Shown one piece after another: positions 1-13,490 of a stretch of DNA of 64,000 nucleotides. The stretch is from Geosiphon pyriformis uo1. Taxonomy: Eukaryota > Fungi > Glomeromycota. A program made the translations under genes and the position numbers. Within the stretch, counting starts at the first letter, position 1, and every line of letters starts with the position of its first letter. The notes under the pieces were generated by a model. It saw only the letters and a list, made by a program, of their open reading frames with translations, was not told where the DNA came from and ran no database searches. The DNA is taken from contig JAAOMT010000303.1 in assembly GCA_016748015.1 (NCBI GenBank), forward strand, positions 868,001 through 932,000, read 5' to 3'.

Positions 1-2731
1 TCTTCTGGCAAAGTACTCTTAATTCTTTCATAATAGCTGTAGCGTATTGATTTTTCAAGTGCCTCCCGAACAAAGCAAACCTGAGGATGTAGAGAATCTA
101 GCTCTAAAACCTTTTCCCTTAAAATTCAAAGCGATTAACTCTTAAAATCGAAGCAAATGACTTTCAAGTCGAAACTGAATAATATCTTTACCACTCTTTC
201 CAATTCCAGATGAATGCGAAATTACTAAGATGATGTGCGAACCAATTCCAAAACCGGTAACAGCATTCCACATCCATGTCAACTAGGCGTGTAAACAATA
301 TTCCTACAGCTTTGCCCAAGTAGAGAATCTTTAAGGTAAAGGGTGAATATCTTAATTAATATAGAATTTTATGCAAAACATAAATAACTAGCAAAAAAGG
401 ATATCACAGGCGGAAACGCCTCTGGCATTGATCTGCATGCTTCTGTTAAAAGTGAATGATAATATATTGGCTTATATTTGGGTTGCGGCAATTTAAATAT
501 TTGGTCAAATACTGCCTAATAATTAGATATAGAATCAGATATAAGAGTATTCACAAATAATTATGTTTGTGTTCATAATAATACCTCAAGAATAATTTTT
601 TCGAGGTTCAGGTTTTTAACAGGTTTTCTTAAGGCCTTATCGGTAAGTTGATTGGTTTCAGAGTCATCCTGGATCAACCCACCGAGTTCTTCATTTGCAC
701 TGACCGACAGGTTTTGTACCAAGGTGCCAGTAACAAATTTTGAAGGCATTTCTTTCAAATATCGGATACATTCTTTACGATTGATCTCAAAAATATCAAT
801 GATATCCTGAATCATATCATGAATAATAAAATGTTCGATACTATCGATTGCGGGAACTTCCGGTGAGTTTGTCTTGTTCATATAAATAAGAGTATTTTTA
901 AGGCTCTAGTAATTAAAGGATTCAAATGATTTGAACTAGAATTTGAAACTTTAATTACCCCATTTGGTAATTCAGTAAAGATTTTAAATACTACTTCGGG
1001 AACATCATATTGAAATTGTGGCGAATCTTCAGGCAGCACAAGTTCTGGAATATCATGCTAATCAGTTTGATTGGGAAGTCAGAATATGTGTAGTATTCAT
1101 ACTTAGTAGAATTAAAAGGCATTATTAACTTGCCTGATCTGCCGTTATAAGAACGTTATCATAATTAGACCAAGGTTTTAAAAGGATTGGACACTATTGA
1201 AATGAAAGAATAACGAATTCAGTGAAGAGGTTTCAGATGAGTATTCTTCATATATCAAAAATAATTGAGACTCAAACTTAATCATTGGACGTCACCTCCC
1301 AATCTTGACTGATTCTTCGAATTTGTTCCCATAAAATTGTCAGCGTCTTCAAAGTGAAAAAAAAACATTATTTTATAATTAACTGATCGTCGCTTAAATT
1401 GTTATTTCCTAACAAAAACACTAACGTTATCCTGAGAATATGAATGTTGGTCGCGATATGGTTGGACGGCGGATAATAGTATTGAATAATAATTTTGATT
1501 ATGCCCAGAGTGAGCCTGTCTTGATCTTATGTCGAAATATCGGTTAATCTTTTCTAGCATTTGAGCAAAAAGGTCACCCACTCTTTCATGCAGTCGTTTG
1601 CCAACCTTCGTTGAAAATTAAATTTTTGTAAATATATATATAATATAAAACATAGTATATAACGATGCAAATACTTACGAAAGGAAGTGTGAATAGTACT
1701 ATTTTCACAATAGTATCACTGCGACGCTAATTATAAATGTCAGCCAGAAACATACTGTTAATAGACTAGTTTAAAAAAAAAATTCGTTTGTTCTTACCAT
1801 TTTTAATGTTGATTCATCAAGTACCTTCAATAAAACATCGTAAATCGCGAGTAAAGATTTAGGCTGAATGACATTTGCATTTGTCAATTCAGCGAAAAAT
1901 CTTAGCTGTAAAAACAAAAGTTAATCCGAAAATCCAAGATTAATAAGAATGAAGTTGGGCTGTTATGAGTTGCAGGTAATATAATGAAATCAAGAGACAT
2001 TATTACAATTAATTTGCAGCCTCGCCAGTTTCCTTCCACTAGGGTCTGTTGTAAAGTCTCAAAAGCGAGATTTACGATAGCCCCAGCAATCTCAGGTCGC
2101 GAAACATTGATAAGCCCAATTAGGGTACCATATATGGCAGCACTCATTGGAAGCTCTGTAATACTGGTTTAGAAAAGCGCGCAAAAAATAATGTTATCAA
2201 TTTGCATCATACATTGATGGACAAAATATAATTTATAAATTAAAGTGCACCAAGATTTTAACGTTTTCAAGATAATCGGGGAAAATTTTTCATAATCGGC
2301 TTGCAAAATCTTCGAGAGTTCTTCAATGTTGTGGTTAAGATCATCGGGTCTCGCCTGATAATAGTTTGCCCTTTGAATTAAAAAACAATCTAACAATAAT
2401 AATAAAATTTAATAGTAAAACAAACATTATCTCCCAGCATCACAATAATCCCCGCTAAATGTGTTGCAGGACTTTCTTCAACTTCGTTTTGCTCGCGTCC
2501 TCTTCCTTTGTCGCGAGGACGTCGATTTTCTCGTCCAGTGCGTCGATCTTCACCTGAAATCAACATTAAAAAGAATAATTATTTTTTGAGTTCGTCCTAA
2601 ACCTCAGGAAGAGATATAGGGGGAACCTTGAAACTTGTTAGGTTGGCCTAGAGTCCTTGTAAGCAGATTTTATAGTGGAATGTACCTTCATTTCTTCTTT
2701 TTAAACGAGGGGATTCGCGCGTCAAGTCCAT
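1..2731 (-). CDS. NCBP1: Nuclear cap-binding complex subunit 1 (CBP80/Sto1), multi-exon, 3' end beyond the window
   Basis: ATG at 2731. Spliced N-terminus MDLTRESPRLKRRNEGEDRRTGRENRRPRDKGRGREQNE...HLAGIIVMLGDN (basic NLS). Later exons give ITELPMSAAIYGTLIGLIN, GNWRGCKLI, DMIQDIIDIFEINRKEC, VFDQIFKLPQPKYKPIYYHSL, WFAHHLSNFAFIWNWKEW, LDSLHPQVCFVRE, which match the MIF4G-like domains of CBP80. Short GT-AG introns. Confidence 0.93.
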
Positions 2732-2980
2732 GGCAAGTAGAAAAGCGAACAGTTGATAGCTTTATGAAATATATAAGTCGAATTTCTTTGAATTCCACTA
2801 GACGACTGGTTAAAATTCAGAGTAGTGGTTTTACTTGTATTAATAGCTAAAACAGCCGAATTGAAAAATCATAGCTGATAACAAATATTATAATTAATTA
2901 ATAACATCACCATAAATGGCCCTTTATTGAATTTGTTGCTCCCACTTTTAAATTCTTAAACACAAACCAATTCCTCTGTA
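2732..2980. promoter_or_regulatory. Compact divergent (bidirectional) promoter region between NCBP1 and NOT3
   Basis: Only 249 bp between two head-to-head start codons; AT-rich core at 2870-2905. Confidence 0.55.
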
Positions 2981-5900
2981 ATGGCCAATAGGAAGCTTCA
3001 AAGTACATTTCTATTCATCTTTAAATTTGCCTTCTTTAACTGTCAACTTACAACTCAAGTCCTCTTTTTAAAGCCGAGATTGACCGAGTTTTAAAAAAAG
3101 TTTCCGAAGGTGTAGAAACCTTCGAGGGCATCTTTGAAAAAATTCAAGCAACCAACAATGCTAATCAAAAAGAAAAATTAGAGCAAGATCTAAAAAAAGA
3201 AATAAAAAAGCTCCAGCGACATCGAGATCAAATCAAAACATGGATTTCCTCGAACGACATCAAAGATAAACGTGCTCTTCTTGAAAATCGACGACTTATT
3301 GAACAAGTTAATATCAAGATCGTTATTATTTGTTCAATTTCAAAAAAGTATATTGATAATGTTCACCGATCTAATTGCTTTCATCGCATAGCAAATGGAA
3401 AAATTCAAAGCATGTGAAAAAGAAATGAAGACAAAAGCATATTCTAAAGAAGGATTGAGTCAACTAACAAAGATGGATCCCAAAGAGAAAGAAAAAATGG
3501 ATACCTGTGATTGGGTATCTCAGATGGTAGACTCACTCGCTATACAAATTGAAGCCGCTGAAGCCGAAATAGAAATTTTGCAAGCTGTTGTAAAAAAAGG
3601 GCGAAAAGATACTCAAAAGCTTGATAGACTTACTGAAGTTGAGCAGTCTGTTGAAAGACACAAATGGCATACCAACAGATTAGAGTTAATTCTTCGCTTG
3701 TTGGAAAATGGCAATATCCCTGCGGAAAAGGTGAAGCATTTCCTAATATCAAAAGGACAAACTTGCTTCCCGAAAAGAAGAATTCGTTTAGATATTCTCC
3801 GTCTTTTGAAGATATTTAAACTAACTCGAAGGTAAAATTTTACATCTTTTGCTATGCTAATTTTTAGGTGATTCAAATTCAAGAAGATATCAAATATTAT
3901 GTTGAAACTAATCAAGTGAGTAAAATATTATTTTCATTCATGAGGTTCCAGACATTAATGTAATTATTATAATATTGCATATAAAGGAACCAGATTTCGC
4001 TGAAGATGAAAATATTTATGATGATTTAAATCTAGAAGAGGAAGAAGAGCTCTATGGTATTGCTAACGAAGATCATCATAGTAGTCATGATTCAGTCACT
4101 GATGGTACTGTACATAAACTTCCATGTTACCTTTGTACCAAATATTTCGGGTGTTAACCCATATATTAACATTTTCAGAACCAAGAACACCCCAAAAAGA
4201 GGTATTCTTCGTCATATTAATTGATGCACAGAACATAAGATATAGCTCTTACTTGAATTGTTTAATAGCATTCAAGTCCGGTCACATCACCTACAGCTCG
4301 TATAATATTACCCAAGCCTCCACAATCTGTTCCTCCAGCACGAAGTAGGGAGACTGCAGAGAATTTGTTTAACAGTATTGAAATTTTTCAATTCAATAAA
4401 ATATATTTTGCTTGGGATAGTCATATTGCTTTTGGCTTAATTCCATTTAGAAGTCAGTATTAGTAATGCCTATGAGTCGACACCTCCAAGAATCAAAGAA
4501 GAAGGTATCTCTACATCTTTCCATAGATCGAACCTCTATTCGCACTATAAAGCTCAATCTATAAAAATTTTTAGAAAAGCCAAAAATTTCCAATCCTACT
4601 CCTGGAACTATTTCACAATCACCGCCCCCAACATCAGCATATCCTTTATTGAATTCGGGAGGAATACGCACACTGGCCGCTGTAGCAAGAGCATCAATCC
4701 CTGATTCAAACACTCTTACGGCGTCCAATGACTCCTTACTTCGAAAGTACTCGGGTGTACAACCAAGCTCAAGTTTACCAGAGCAAAACTCTTATCTGGC
4801 GAACTCGAGCACTTCTTTGTCACCCGCTGCTTCTATAACAGCATCACAGGTAAATCCAAATAAAGGTAAAGTGCTCCAGCATCCTAACTGGATAATTTGG
4901 TTGACGAGCAATTTTAAGCTTATTTACTAAGAGCTCAATTTTTCAGATGTCACCAACGAAGAAATTGAAACTTTAGAGCAGCAATCTCCACAAAATGCTG
5001 ATACAGAGGTTTGCTCTTCATTTAACTCTAATTTTTTCACAAATATCTTAAAAATGATTAAACTGCCAACTTTTTTGGCTTATAGCAAACACAAAAAGCC
5101 TCCCCAGAAACTGTTAATATACCAAGTAGCCCCAATCATCAGTCACCTCCCCAACAAGCTCTCCAAATGCGGGATCCTGCCCCCGTTGCACCGTTAGTTT
5201 CAACTCAAACTTCTTCGGTAGGAATATATTATAAATTCTTTCTAAATTTAGTTCCTCTTTATCTCTATCTATTTTTTACTAATTCTATTAGGGTTATTGA
5301 TTTTGCGTAGGTTAAATCTATATCCCTCCCAAACAACAATAATGAACCAGTGAAACAGAATCATCTTTCGATTCAAGAAAACATTCCTCAGCAGGAAAAT
5401 CGTTTTCCTGCTGCGCTATCAGACTTGGTAGCCTCATTTGAAGCTGCAAAAGAAAAATGTAGGTTATGACATTAAAGAAACTTCGCAACTTGGTAGTTGC
5501 TAAATTTCCTCCGCATGATTTCATAGCTTTAGCAAAAATCGATGGATATCATACTCAACAAATGCTCGATACCAGCTTGGAATATGTTCCGGAAAGTTTG
5601 GATTATGAAAGGTCAATTATATTCTTATTTAATCCATATTGTTGAACAAATTCTGATTTTTTGCATTTTTTAGGACTAAATATTATGCCCCTCGAAATCC
5701 CTATCCTACTTCACAATACTACCCCCAGACCCCGCTTGGGATCTTTGACAATCCCGCGTTGTTTGAAAAATTTGATATCGACACATTGTTCTTCATTTTC
5801 TATTATCAACAAGGAACTTACCAGCAGTTTGTAATCCAAAAAATTATTCCATTTTGAGGTTCCGACTTATTAATCTTTCTAGGATTTATAGAATCTTAAA

Positions 5901-6202
5901 ATTTTCATCTAAAGGTACCTGGCAGCGCGTGAGTTAAAGAAACAATCTTGGCGTTTTCACAAAAAATATTTGACTTGGTTTCAAAGGCATGAAGAGCCAA
6001 AGGCAATAACAGACGAATATGAACAAGGTACCTATATATACTTTGACTATGAGGGTGCTTGGTGTCAACGAAAGAAAACAGAGTTCAGGTATGGATAAAC
6101 GTCTACGAATCAAGATCATTATTGTTCATCTTCGCATAACACCTTCTGGAAATTAAATTTAGGTTCGAATATCGATTTTTGGAAGATGCTGAATTGATAT
6201 AA
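2981..6202 (+). CDS. NOT3: CCR4-NOT complex subunit NOT3/NOT5 (CNOT3), multi-exon
   Basis: MANRKLQ|[13 protein letters not shown]...[47 protein letters not shown] (Not3 N-terminal domain); S/P/T-rich linker; C-terminal NOT box [45 protein letters not shown]...[29 protein letters not shown]. Confidence 0.96.
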
Positions 6203-6730
6203 AAGGGCTCAAACTGAAAGGAACAATTTTTATTATGCTCATTTCATTCAGGCTGGCCTATGATTTTCTCGAGAATTTCTGGGATATTATTTAAATACTC
6301 GATTTCCAACAAATTTCAATCGTCATTTCATAAGGCCTATGCGAACAGAAACTTATACAAAGAACCCAAAATTAGTTAATATTGATGTGAGGAAGACAAT
6401 TTAAATTATAATATGGTGCGAATAGTTTAAAGACATCAAATAGCCGAAATTTGATATACAAGTATTACATAATAAATTTATACAAGTTAACCTCTAAATA
6501 TCCTCGGTAATTTGGTCAGTATATAGAAATCTGAATATATATATTTAATATTGAACTAAAAAAATTAGTTTTGTGTAACTCTAAACCATGTATATAATAC
6601 AAAAAATTTAGTAATTAAAATTAATTCCTTACAATTACTTGTTTTCAAATCAATACAAATAATAAATAAATTTTTTTAAATTTATCATTTACTTACTAAT
6701 TTACATCTATTCTTTTATCGAATTAAAAAC

Positions 6731-7910
6731 ATGACACCTGACAACTCTTCAACGATAATAGCCGACGAAGAAGCACTCTCAAGGACTTGGCAACTAGTAT
6801 CGGAACTTTGTTCACAACTAGCAAATAACCGAAACCAAATACAGTCGCTGGAACAACAGGTTACCGAGCTTCAGGCAAGGAACCTCGGATGCTTTATTCT
6901 ATTGAAAACGCAAAGCAATTTAGAAAGTTAGATTCGGCTTTTTTTCACTACTACAGAATAGGGCAAATGAATTCACTGGGCCGTTGATACGTGCCAGCAT
7001 TCGAGGTAAATTTTCGAAACCCTCTCAAACTACCAGTATTCATGCCTTAAAAGATCCTCGTTTGTCTCACCTCATCAGCTTGATCTGAACCTCCTGCAAA
7101 GGGTAGCCCCACCATTTGAATCCGGTTCTTCTGAGATTGAGCGTCAGAATTTACGCCTAATCTACGAAAATCAACAGTTAAATGAGGAGAATGCCGCTCT
7201 TTCATTATTAGTGAAGGAATACGAAACCACCTTGCAGGTGGTGATGAGTAAATTTCGGATCCAAGCTGTGAGAATTACATATATTCTCGTGGCTTAGTGA
7301 TTTTAGGCTGAAATATGAAACGATATTGACCTTTCATTAATATCTTAAAAAAGCACGAGATTCAGCAATCTAAATTACAGATGCAGCGTGAATATGAAAT
7401 CATGTTGGAAGAAGAGACAGTGAGTATTTATTACCATTTGCTTGATAGTTATCTTGCTAATTTCTTTCACGTTTCAATTAGCAAAAAACCTCAAAAGCCT
7501 CGCTCGAAAACGCTGAGCTTCATTCTCATCTTTCAATAATTGGTACCCTTGTCAGACAAGCCTATGACTTTCAATCAGATCTTGATACGGAGATTCTTTT
7601 GCAAAGCTTGTGCATCGAGAATCAGGGTTTACGTGAAATGCTCAGGATTTCGGCTGTGAATAATGCTTTATTTCAGGACGAAAAATCAACCGAGATAAGG
7701 CCTGATGATTTTTTACAGAGAACAAAAACATCATTAATCGATGGTCTTAGGTCCTCAAATAAGAATACGATAAGTAAACGAAATCGTATAATTGCTGAAG
7801 CGGAAAAGGAAGAGGAAGAGCGAGAATTAGAAGCAGAAGAGGAGAAGGAGCAGCAAAGGGACGAAGAGGAGGAGGAAGAAGATATGGGGGATTCAAATGG
7901 CGGAAGCTGA
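6731..7910 (+). CDS. SIKE/FGFR1OP2-like coiled-coil protein (possible STRIPAK subunit), multi-exon, acidic tail
   Basis: Exons give RTWQLVSELCSQLANNR...LIYENQQLNEENAALSLLVKEYETTLQVVMSKFRIQA...LCIENQGLREMLRIS, resembling the SIKE-family L.EN..L...L.E....L..IMSKYR.Q and L..EN..LRE.L.IS motifs. First intron appears to be GC-AG (6875-6956). Confidence 0.72.
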
Positions 7911-8184
7911 GCAATCCATCCATTAAATGCGTAGGATACGCAGCTGATACAATAGAATATCGTTGTAGTTATTTTTTGCCTTTTATTCCTCATTCATAGC
8001 TCTCTAATTTTCTATCTGAGCTATATTGAATCGCCGGAGTATTGTTTATTATTGTCTGAGTGATCCCTTGCAAAACCCTATTACCCTCAAATTTCATAAT
8101 CCTTTAAGCAAAATATGTTACAAATAATTTAAATTGTTATTTGTTAGAAGCACATTGTCTTGCTGGTCCACGGAGTCGAAATTA

Positions 8185-9745
8185 TCATTCTGTTGAGACT
8201 CCACTATTAAGATTCTTTTCGAACTCCTGATTAATATCACCTTGCCTTGAATTATTCCTTGAGATCACTTGATTTTCCAAGAACTCTCCAATTGCTTCAA
8301 AATATCCCGGCTGGATTATTGTATCATTATGTGTGCCGCTTGGAAATTCTTTCCATTCTTTGACTGCGCGTGTCTCAGACAATTCATACAATTTTCGCAT
8401 ATGTTCTGGTGGAACGAGTTCATCCCGCGCACCCGTCAAGAAAAGAATTGGGGTGTTTACAATTTGTTTTATTGACTTTTCCGAAGGCCAAATTTGATGG
8501 CACAGGAAAGTGAAATATCGAAGTTGGGGAAATATGTGCGGAATGAGTTTTGGCTAGAAAATTGAAATTGTGAAAAGAATTAGAGAATGGTTAATTTAAA
8601 AAATCTATAAAATTCTAAAATACTTACGAGGCTCAAAAATGTATTTTCCACAATCAGCCCACTAATCTGAGAGTTAAAATAAAAAGATTTATATCTATAT
8701 TTAAATTGGTAAACAAGATATAAAATGACGTGATTTGCTTACTTGATTTTCATTGCGCGCCACCAAATCAATGGCTACAGCACCACCAACCGACTGGCCA
8801 TAGACTACTATCTTTGTGTCTTTTAAAAATTTATCATTTCGTATATGATGTAAAATAGTCTGAGAATATAATGGTTTGGAAATTAATAGAGGCATCTAGT
8901 AAGTATAATGGGGATAAAACCAATTACCTGTGCGTCAATTCTCATTCCTTTCTCATTTGCTTTACCCTCACTTAACCCATAACCTCGGTAAGAAAGCAAG
9001 ACCACATTACACTTGTGCTTAGTGTAAAATTTCTTTGCTTGAGGTAGTCGGTGACCCTAAGTTAAATAACAAAAATTTTAGTATTGATCCAACTTTTCAA
9101 GCAGCCAAAGAAAATGAGCATGCTCATAAATCTCACGCACCATATTGCCTGCATTGGCCTTTAAATAATGTGTATAATAACCCAGAATGAGAATTGAGGA
9201 GATCGAATCTAACGTCACTTATTTTTATTTAAGAAATCAAATATATACTGACATGAAATAATAACAAAGTCGGCGATATTCTGGCATTGGCTTCTGGAAC
9301 CTGCCGACAAACGTAAGCACGAATCTTGACATTATCTTTGGTAGTCAAGCTAACATCTTCCCACTTGTGTATACCATAGTCAGGAGGTGTAGATACCTAT
9401 AGATAGTTGCCATAAATGAGGTCAGGTTAATTGGTAAAAAGTCAAGCGCGACAATCTTGCCGGGAAATGTTATTTGTCATCTATTTCGAATCCAAAAACA
9501 AAATAACACACCTCCCTATTATCAAACCTGATTTGAAAACCCACAATAATACCAAAACCTCTTTTCTCATAAACTAAACTTACGTGTCTTCTGGAATCTG
9601 GAGGAAAATTAGCCGCATATATCAAATCACACTGAAAAATATACAACAAAATCGCACCACTACAAAATAAAACACCAGAGGCAGTGAGGAAATATTGTAT
9701 AGAATTTGGAATATGCTCTGATATAACCTCTGGTAGAAAAAACAT
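8185..9745 (-). CDS. bem46: Bem46/ABHD13-family alpha/beta hydrolase with N-terminal membrane anchor, multi-exon
   Basis: ATG 9745; hydrophobic segment then LLYIFQCDLIY; motifs LLYFH-ANAGNM-GHRLP, SYRGYGLSEG, nucleophile elbow GQSVGG, ENTF, DELVP, GTHND (Ser-Asp-His triad); stop at 8185. Confidence 0.92.
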
Positions 9746-10189
9746 TTTTTGAGAAAAAGAATAAGTGGATCCTTCCAATTTTAATTTGTGTATTTGGATC
9801 AATGGTCATAACAATTTTTATTGGTTCATAAAAATGGTTGGAATTCTCGCTTTTTTACCATGTGTTTTTTAAGAAACGAAATAGTTGTGTCAAGCACATA
9901 GTTCTTTTTGATGGACTATCTTTTCAAAATAGTGTTAGTGCTAATTATATGACACTTTTTTCTTTAAGTTTGGTACTTTCTGACATCAATGATTATTTTT
10001 AAGCATCAAATTATATTGTATTAAAAAAATCGATAATAATTCTGTTAATTTTTTTTTAAACTTAAATTGAATCAAAATTCCTCAAAATTCACAGTTCGCA
10101 CGATTTCAGCCACCCGAAATAAATAATTGACTATTTATCCAACAAATCATTGCTTCCAATTTACCTAAGTTCTTAAACAAACTAGTAAA

Positions 10190-12070
10190 TAAATTAAAAA
10201 TATATTTGATTTGATTTTTTAAGGAAGTAAACTGGACTTTAATGTTTATAACAAGATTTATTTTAACAGTCATAAAAAAAGTAATTAAATTTACTAAGAA
10301 ACCAATTTTTACAACAACAAATTTAACCAAATTGAACAAGCTTTACAACTTAGATTCAAGTAAATAAATAAATCTTAGATTTACACATTTTACTAAAAAA
10401 CATATGTAACAATTTTAACATAAAATATTAAGTTAATAAACCAACAATAAATTTATAAAAAAGTTTTTAAAAACCAAAAAACACAGCTTTATAATTAAAA
10501 GCCAAATATTTTAAACTTTAATTTTTATAATAATATTAAGATTTAAAATTTTTTTTACAAAGTACCAAATTTAACAACTGTTTTATTAAAAACTTTTTTA
10601 GATTTAAAGATAACAATAATAAATTAATAGTAATAATTAATATTAGAAAATTAAAAAAATAAAACAAGTTTATTCATTAATTTAAAAAACCAAATTATTG
10701 ATTTTAAAAACAGTACAGCCAAAAAAAAATTAACTAAATTGGTTTTAAATACATTATAAAAATTTCAATATTATTTTTTATTATTAAAACTAATTAATAA
10801 ACAAAAACAGTTTTAACAGTTTTAAAATATATAATAATATATTACTATAAGTTAATAAATTTTAACTTAATACCAAAAACATTTAAACCATTTTTAATTT
10901 TGTTAAAAAAACACTTAAAAATAACAAGAACTTAAATAAAAATTACAAAAAATTTTACAATTTTAAAAATAATAAAAATAATATTTTATTAAGCTTTAAT
11001 TTTAATAATAATATTTAAAAAAACTTTATACAAAAAGTTTAATATTGTTTTTAATAATTATTTTTAAACCAACAAATTTATAAAAAATTAGTATATAATT
11101 TTAATATAAATTAATTTAAACATAAAAATTTTATTAAATATTAAACCAAAAATTATTTATTAAAAAAATTTTAATAATTAATAATAATTTTTTTATTAAT
11201 TAAACCAGTAATATTCTTAAAAATCAAAAAAAAAGTATTTTAATTTTTATTTATTAACTCAATTTTTGAAATTAATTAATTTAAAAAATCAATTAATTAA
11301 AATTATGTGTAAAAATATAATTTATTTTGTTTTTAAATTAATAAAAATCATTAAAATTTGATATATTAAGCAATTTAGCTATATATTAATTAAAACTACT
11401 TTTAATAAATATATTATTACTATTATTATTTAAAATAAAAAAAGTTTTTATTTATAATTAAATTAAAATTAAAAATTATAATTAATACAATTATAATTAA
11501 TACAGTTATAATAAAATTAATAAAAATATTAAAAAATTAATATTTTAAAACATAAGATTAATATTAAAAATACCAAATCTATTAAAAAATAAACATATCA
11601 AGTTATTTCAAATAGAAACAATTTAATCAAGCAGAAAATATAATAAATACTAAATAATAATCCAATTAAAAAGTTTTTAAGCTCATAGTTTTTACTAATT
11701 ATCTTGTTTATAATAAAAAATAAAAAAATAAATTTTTATGTTAATTATTAAAAACTTAACAGTATAACTTGAAAAAATAATTATTTAACTTTTTTTATTC
11801 AAAAAATTCTAAACAATTTGAAAAATAAAAAATAGTTCTCTTTATTGAACTTAGCCAACAAATATTAACAAGTTAAAATAAATTCAATTAACAAAAAAAA
11901 GACTGCTTTTATTATCCAAGATAGAAATTTTAAGATTAATATAATATTCTTTGAACTCTGTAATGTCTTTGCTATTTTTTAATATTTAATAGATATTATA
12001 TACAAAGAAATTTTATAAAAATCTGTTGTTTTTTATTTAGATAACACTAATATGTTTTTAAAATATTTAA
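10190..12070 (+). mobile_element. Heavily decayed Ty3/gypsy remnant (RT N-terminal half recognisable at about 11540-12070)
   Basis: Read through the stops, 11700-12060 gives decayed K..C.NY.KLN, FSLL.LA..Y.QV, K.AF......F..I.FELCN..A.F..L.D and YLDNTN motifs, collinear with 21700-22200 and the E1/E2 RT. Left boundary approximate. Confidence 0.65.
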
Positions 12071-13490
12071 TAATAATAATTATTATTATTATTTAATTAA
12101 TAAGTGCAGTCTAACTACTATTTAACATACAAAAACAAACAAGTAAATTAAACTAAATATAATTTATATGCTTTCTATATATAAATAGCCACTCAAACTA
12201 ATTAAAACAATATTATATACTCACAAAAACTTCTGTATTATTGTCTATACCAAAAAAAAACATAACCTATAAAAACCAAAATTAACAACAAAAAACTCAA
12301 CAATACCAAATAAACAGACCATTTTTTTAGACAAAAAATTAAACAAATTATACAAAAGATTAAACACCATTTTTATATTACAGATCAGACCACTTTTTTT
12401 TATGTTTATTCTAAACTTAAACTTTAATAACTATAACTTATTATAATATTTATTAGCCAAATAGCAAACAAAATCAATTACTATAAACTTAGCTTTTTTT
12501 TTATTATTAAAAATAGATACTACTTTTTTAACTCATTTTTTAAAAACAAAATCTTTACATAAAACCACATAAATGCTAACATTTGAAACTTCTAAAAAAA
12601 AGTGCTTAATACTAAGAACAATAATATAAAGCAATCTTTTATCAAAGATTTCTATAACTTAATATAACTACAGAAGATATTACAACATACAAAGACATTC
12701 TTAAAGCAAATAAAAACATGATCAGACAACTCGATGTTATTATATATTAAGCACAAAATGCCTGAATAATTTTTGTTATAAAGTTTTTTACAAACAGCAA
12801 TCAATAATTTTCTGCAAATGGCTTTTATTAAATATGTATACAAAACAGCCAACTTCTTATTAGTGAATTTAGCTAACATGTAAGAGTTTGGATGTTAAAT
12901 TAAGATAGTACAATTTTAATTAATATACTAGATAAGCAAGTTATTTAAAACTTTTATACCAGGATCTACTTTTTATTAGGTATAACAAACAGTTTAATAA
13001 ATATTACAGATAAAGTAGCAAGTATTATTTAAAATTACTTGACTATTTGCTATTAGAACTTTTTTATAAATCCCAATAAGAAAACTAAACATAATTATGC
13101 AGTAACACAAGCAAAAACATTTATTTAATTATTGCTAAAATTTCCAGAATGGCTCTTTACTTTATCTATCTTATAAAAATATTCTTTGACTTAACCAAAT
13201 TAACTATATGACATTTTTCCACCCAATATTTGTTCTGGAATTCAGGTTGACAAAGCTTAAATTTTAACATGTATACATTTATAACTGCTTGGCTATTCAT
13301 ATACAAGACTATTAAATAAGATAAAAAAACACATTCCAAGACTAAAACAATTGCTTATAGTTTTAATAATGTCAAAAATAACATTTTATGCATCTTTACA
13401 TTTATATTGTTACTTATAGAAATTAGAAATTATAATAATAAATAAAATAGCCAATCAGAAATAAGCATAATAAAATGAGAAATTGCAGAA
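12071..13490 (-). mobile_element. 5'-truncated LINE fragment (RNase H 3' half, CCHC finger, 3' UTR, (TAA)n-like tail)
   Basis: Minus strand reads AIVLVLEC, YMNSQAV, KVKSHSGN (RNase H) and YTYLIKAI.RKL..AV.KKLYNK.Y..ILCL.....ELSDHVF.C, homologous to the C-terminus of the two long LINEs. ATT repeats at about 12079-12093. Confidence 0.7.

Noticed and set aside
1984-8475. Short antisense ORFs over the genes (1984, 2635, 3613, 4447, 5318, 5934, 7673, 8269)
   Set aside because: Shadows of exons on the opposite strand with no recognisable motifs.
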